The notes below the pieces were generated by a model, which was not told the DNA's origin, did not search any database, and saw only the letters and a list, made by a program, of their open reading frames with translations. Of a DNA stretch of 64,000 nucleotides, positions 62,201 to 64,000 are shown piece by piece. The DNA comes from Callorhinchus milii (taxonomy: Eukaryota), in contig NW_024704743.1 in NCBI RefSeq assembly GCF_018977255.1, forward strand, positions 3,100,001-3,164,000, given 5' to 3'. How positions within the stretch are numbered: position 1 is the stretch's first letter; every line of letters begins with the position of its first letter. Made by a program: the position numbers and the translations under genes.

Positions 62201-64000
62201 TCAGTCATTTTGGGGCAAAACAACACCCTTGAAACATAAGTGGCCAATCAATAGGGGAATGTTGGCCAGGACACCGGGAGAGAGAAACTCGCTTCTCTTT
62301 TCCAATAGTGCCACGGGATCTTTAACATCCACTGGAGAAGGCACAGACGGGAGCTCAGTTTAGTGGTTAATGTTTCATCTGAAGGACGGCGCCTTTGACA
62401 ATAAAGTGCTCCCCCCAGTACTTGGCTGCGGTGTCAACCTGGACTGTGAGCTCAAAGTCCGCTTGTGGGACTTGAAACCTTCTGACAACAAACAATAGAT
62501 TACATTTACACAGAGCCTTTCACGGTGGGAGGACGTCCCAAGGGGCTGGACAGTCAGGGATTTGGACCCGAGGGTAGAGGTAGGAGGGTGGCCGAAGGCG
62601 CGATCGAAGAGGAGGGTCTTGAGATGGGCCTTGAAGGAGGCAAAGGAGGGGGCGAGGCAAAGAGACTGTGGGATAGAGTTCCAAAGGGTGGGGGCAGAAA
62701 GGCTGAAGGTTCGATTGCCGATGGTGGGGCGGGCTGGATGGGGGACGTGGAGCAGGCCGGAGCCTGCTGAGCGGAGGGAGTGGACAGGTTGATATGGGGT
62801 GAGCAGGTCATAGAGGTAGGGAGGAGCAAGGCCGTGGATGGCTTTGAAGACGAGGACGAGAATTTTGAACTCTATCCTCTAACCCAAAGGAAAAAAGCAA
62901 CAGACTTTCTCTTGTGTAATGGTGTTGGTGTAGGGTATGAGAGCAGAGAAGGTTGTTAGAGGAGTTAGAGGAGCCTGTGATGTGACCACTCATTTCTACA
63001 GGTAAAGCTGTAAGAACAAACCACAAGGACTACAACCAGGTGCTGATGGACGTGAAGAGGTCACTGAGCAGGTTCCCACAAGGTGAGCGTCAGACAGAAA
63101 GTTAAGGAAGTTAATGAGTAGCATCCTCGCACGTGTTACAGCACCTTGTCGCATTACCGAAAGGGTTTCATACGCAAACCACAACAACTGTGGGGTCCCC
63201 GAGTCTTGGCCAACTCTTGCCAACCCGCGCCTAATACTTTTTCGGAATTAGGTAAGCGGGATGCGTCCCACCAGGGAGAGAGAGAGCGCATTCCAGTCCA
63301 ACAATCTGTCTCTGGGATTTCCATGTGTAGGTGGGATGCGTGGAATTCTCAGTTTGGTTTGGAGACTCTTAAGCAAAAAAAAAAAAAAAAAAAATTTAAT
63401 GGCAAATTTTATCTGGGGGATCGTTGGCCAGGACACCCGGAGAGAGAAACTTCCTGCCCTTTCTGAAGAGCGCCGCGGGATCTTTAACGTCCACGGAATA
63501 GGCAACAGGATCTCGGTTTAACAACTCGTATAAATGATTGACTGAATGACCCAACATTTTTGGAGGCGAGTGGGGTGGGTAGGTGCAGCTATGTGTACCT
63601 TTCTGGCTCTCTATGTTGCCGTCTACTGGAACACGTGCAGCACTGCTGGGTCCAACAGCTGTTATTTCTGCCAATGAATCTGCAGGAATACTGCACACAG
63701 GTCTGGCCAGAGGTAAAGGAAAGCTGGGTTGGTATTTACTTTGGGCCGGGTGGATGGGGTGAGATGAGTTGATCTCCGGCAGGTGTCAAGTAAAAGAGGC
63801 CGCAGACATGGAAAAAAAAATCCTGCTCATGTGTTATCCTGGGGACCTGGATCGTTGCAGGAATTCGGGCCATCGAATCATAGAAAGTCCATCGCAGACA
63901 GAGGCCATTCAACGCCGGAGCGCTGTGCTCTCTCTCCCCGTCGTGTCAGTGCTGGCTGGCTAAATGGCTGTGTTGTGTTATGTTGGGGACAGGCATGCGA
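59165..64000 (+). CDS. TBC1D20: TBC1 domain family member 20-like RabGAP, 5' part; join(59165..59249,61235..61423,63002..63082,63993..>64000)
   Basis: KRLKLLEIHRALNADPVDVEALRRAAVSEGGLLTNEIRRKVWPKLLNVNV and KDYNQVLMDVKRSLSRFP-GM match the TBC1D20 family; all junctions are phase 1. May be a paralog rather than the ortholog. Confidence 0.88.
59258..59850 (+). repeat. 20-21 bp G-rich minisatellite (AAAGGGGAGGTTCGGGGTTT), about 28 copies, at the start of TBC1D20-like intron 1
   Basis: Direct reading; starts within about 10 nt of the donor. Confidence 0.95.
61235..61423 (+). CDS. TBC1D20: TBC1D20-like exon 2
   Basis: 189 nt within ORF 61189..61701; donor gtaaca. Confidence 0.92.
63002..63082 (+). 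CDS. TBC1D20: TBC1D20-like exon 3 (KAVRTNHKDYNQVLMDVKRSLSRFPQ)
   Basis: 81 nt; DxxRS arginine-finger motif. Confidence 0.92.
63993..64000 (+). CDS. TBC1D20: TBC1D20-like exon 4 start (G-M-R), truncated by the window end
   Basis: gacag|GC ATG CGA continues ...FPQG-M as expected. Confidence 0.65.

Overview
Eukaryotic, vertebrate genomic DNA. It is most likely a cartilaginous fish, inferred from Deu-domain SINEs, L2/CR1 LINE tails and a shark-type short repeat. The window is gene-dense and repeat-rich, with two assembly gaps (4529-4673 and 36208-36232). Five spliced genes were reconstructed by hand with GT-AG, phase-consistent exons: CFAP20 (-, 192 aa, with a terminal exon that appears to start on the stop codon), HGH1 (+, 387 aa), an intact multi-exon TSSK5-like kinase (-, about 457 aa), DGAT1 exons 1-3 only (-, the rest absent at a gap), and the 5' part of a TBC1D20-like gene (+). 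A CpG-island/X-box promoter at about 5.3-5.8 kb suggests a sixth, unidentified minus-strand gene. CFAP20/HGH1 and DGAT1/TBC1D20-like are head-to-head pairs. The main unexplained structure is at the promoters. Every CpG-island promoter is abutted by its own GC-rich minisatellite, one of which is a tandem amplification of the 3' terminus of a dispersed A-tailed retroposon. SINE copies beside promoters are strongly shifted from A/T to G/C, and one young SINE subfamily occurs only next to TSSs. Together these suggest promoter-focused recombination (GC-biased gene conversion) and insertion. No prokaryotic system or CRISPR array is present.
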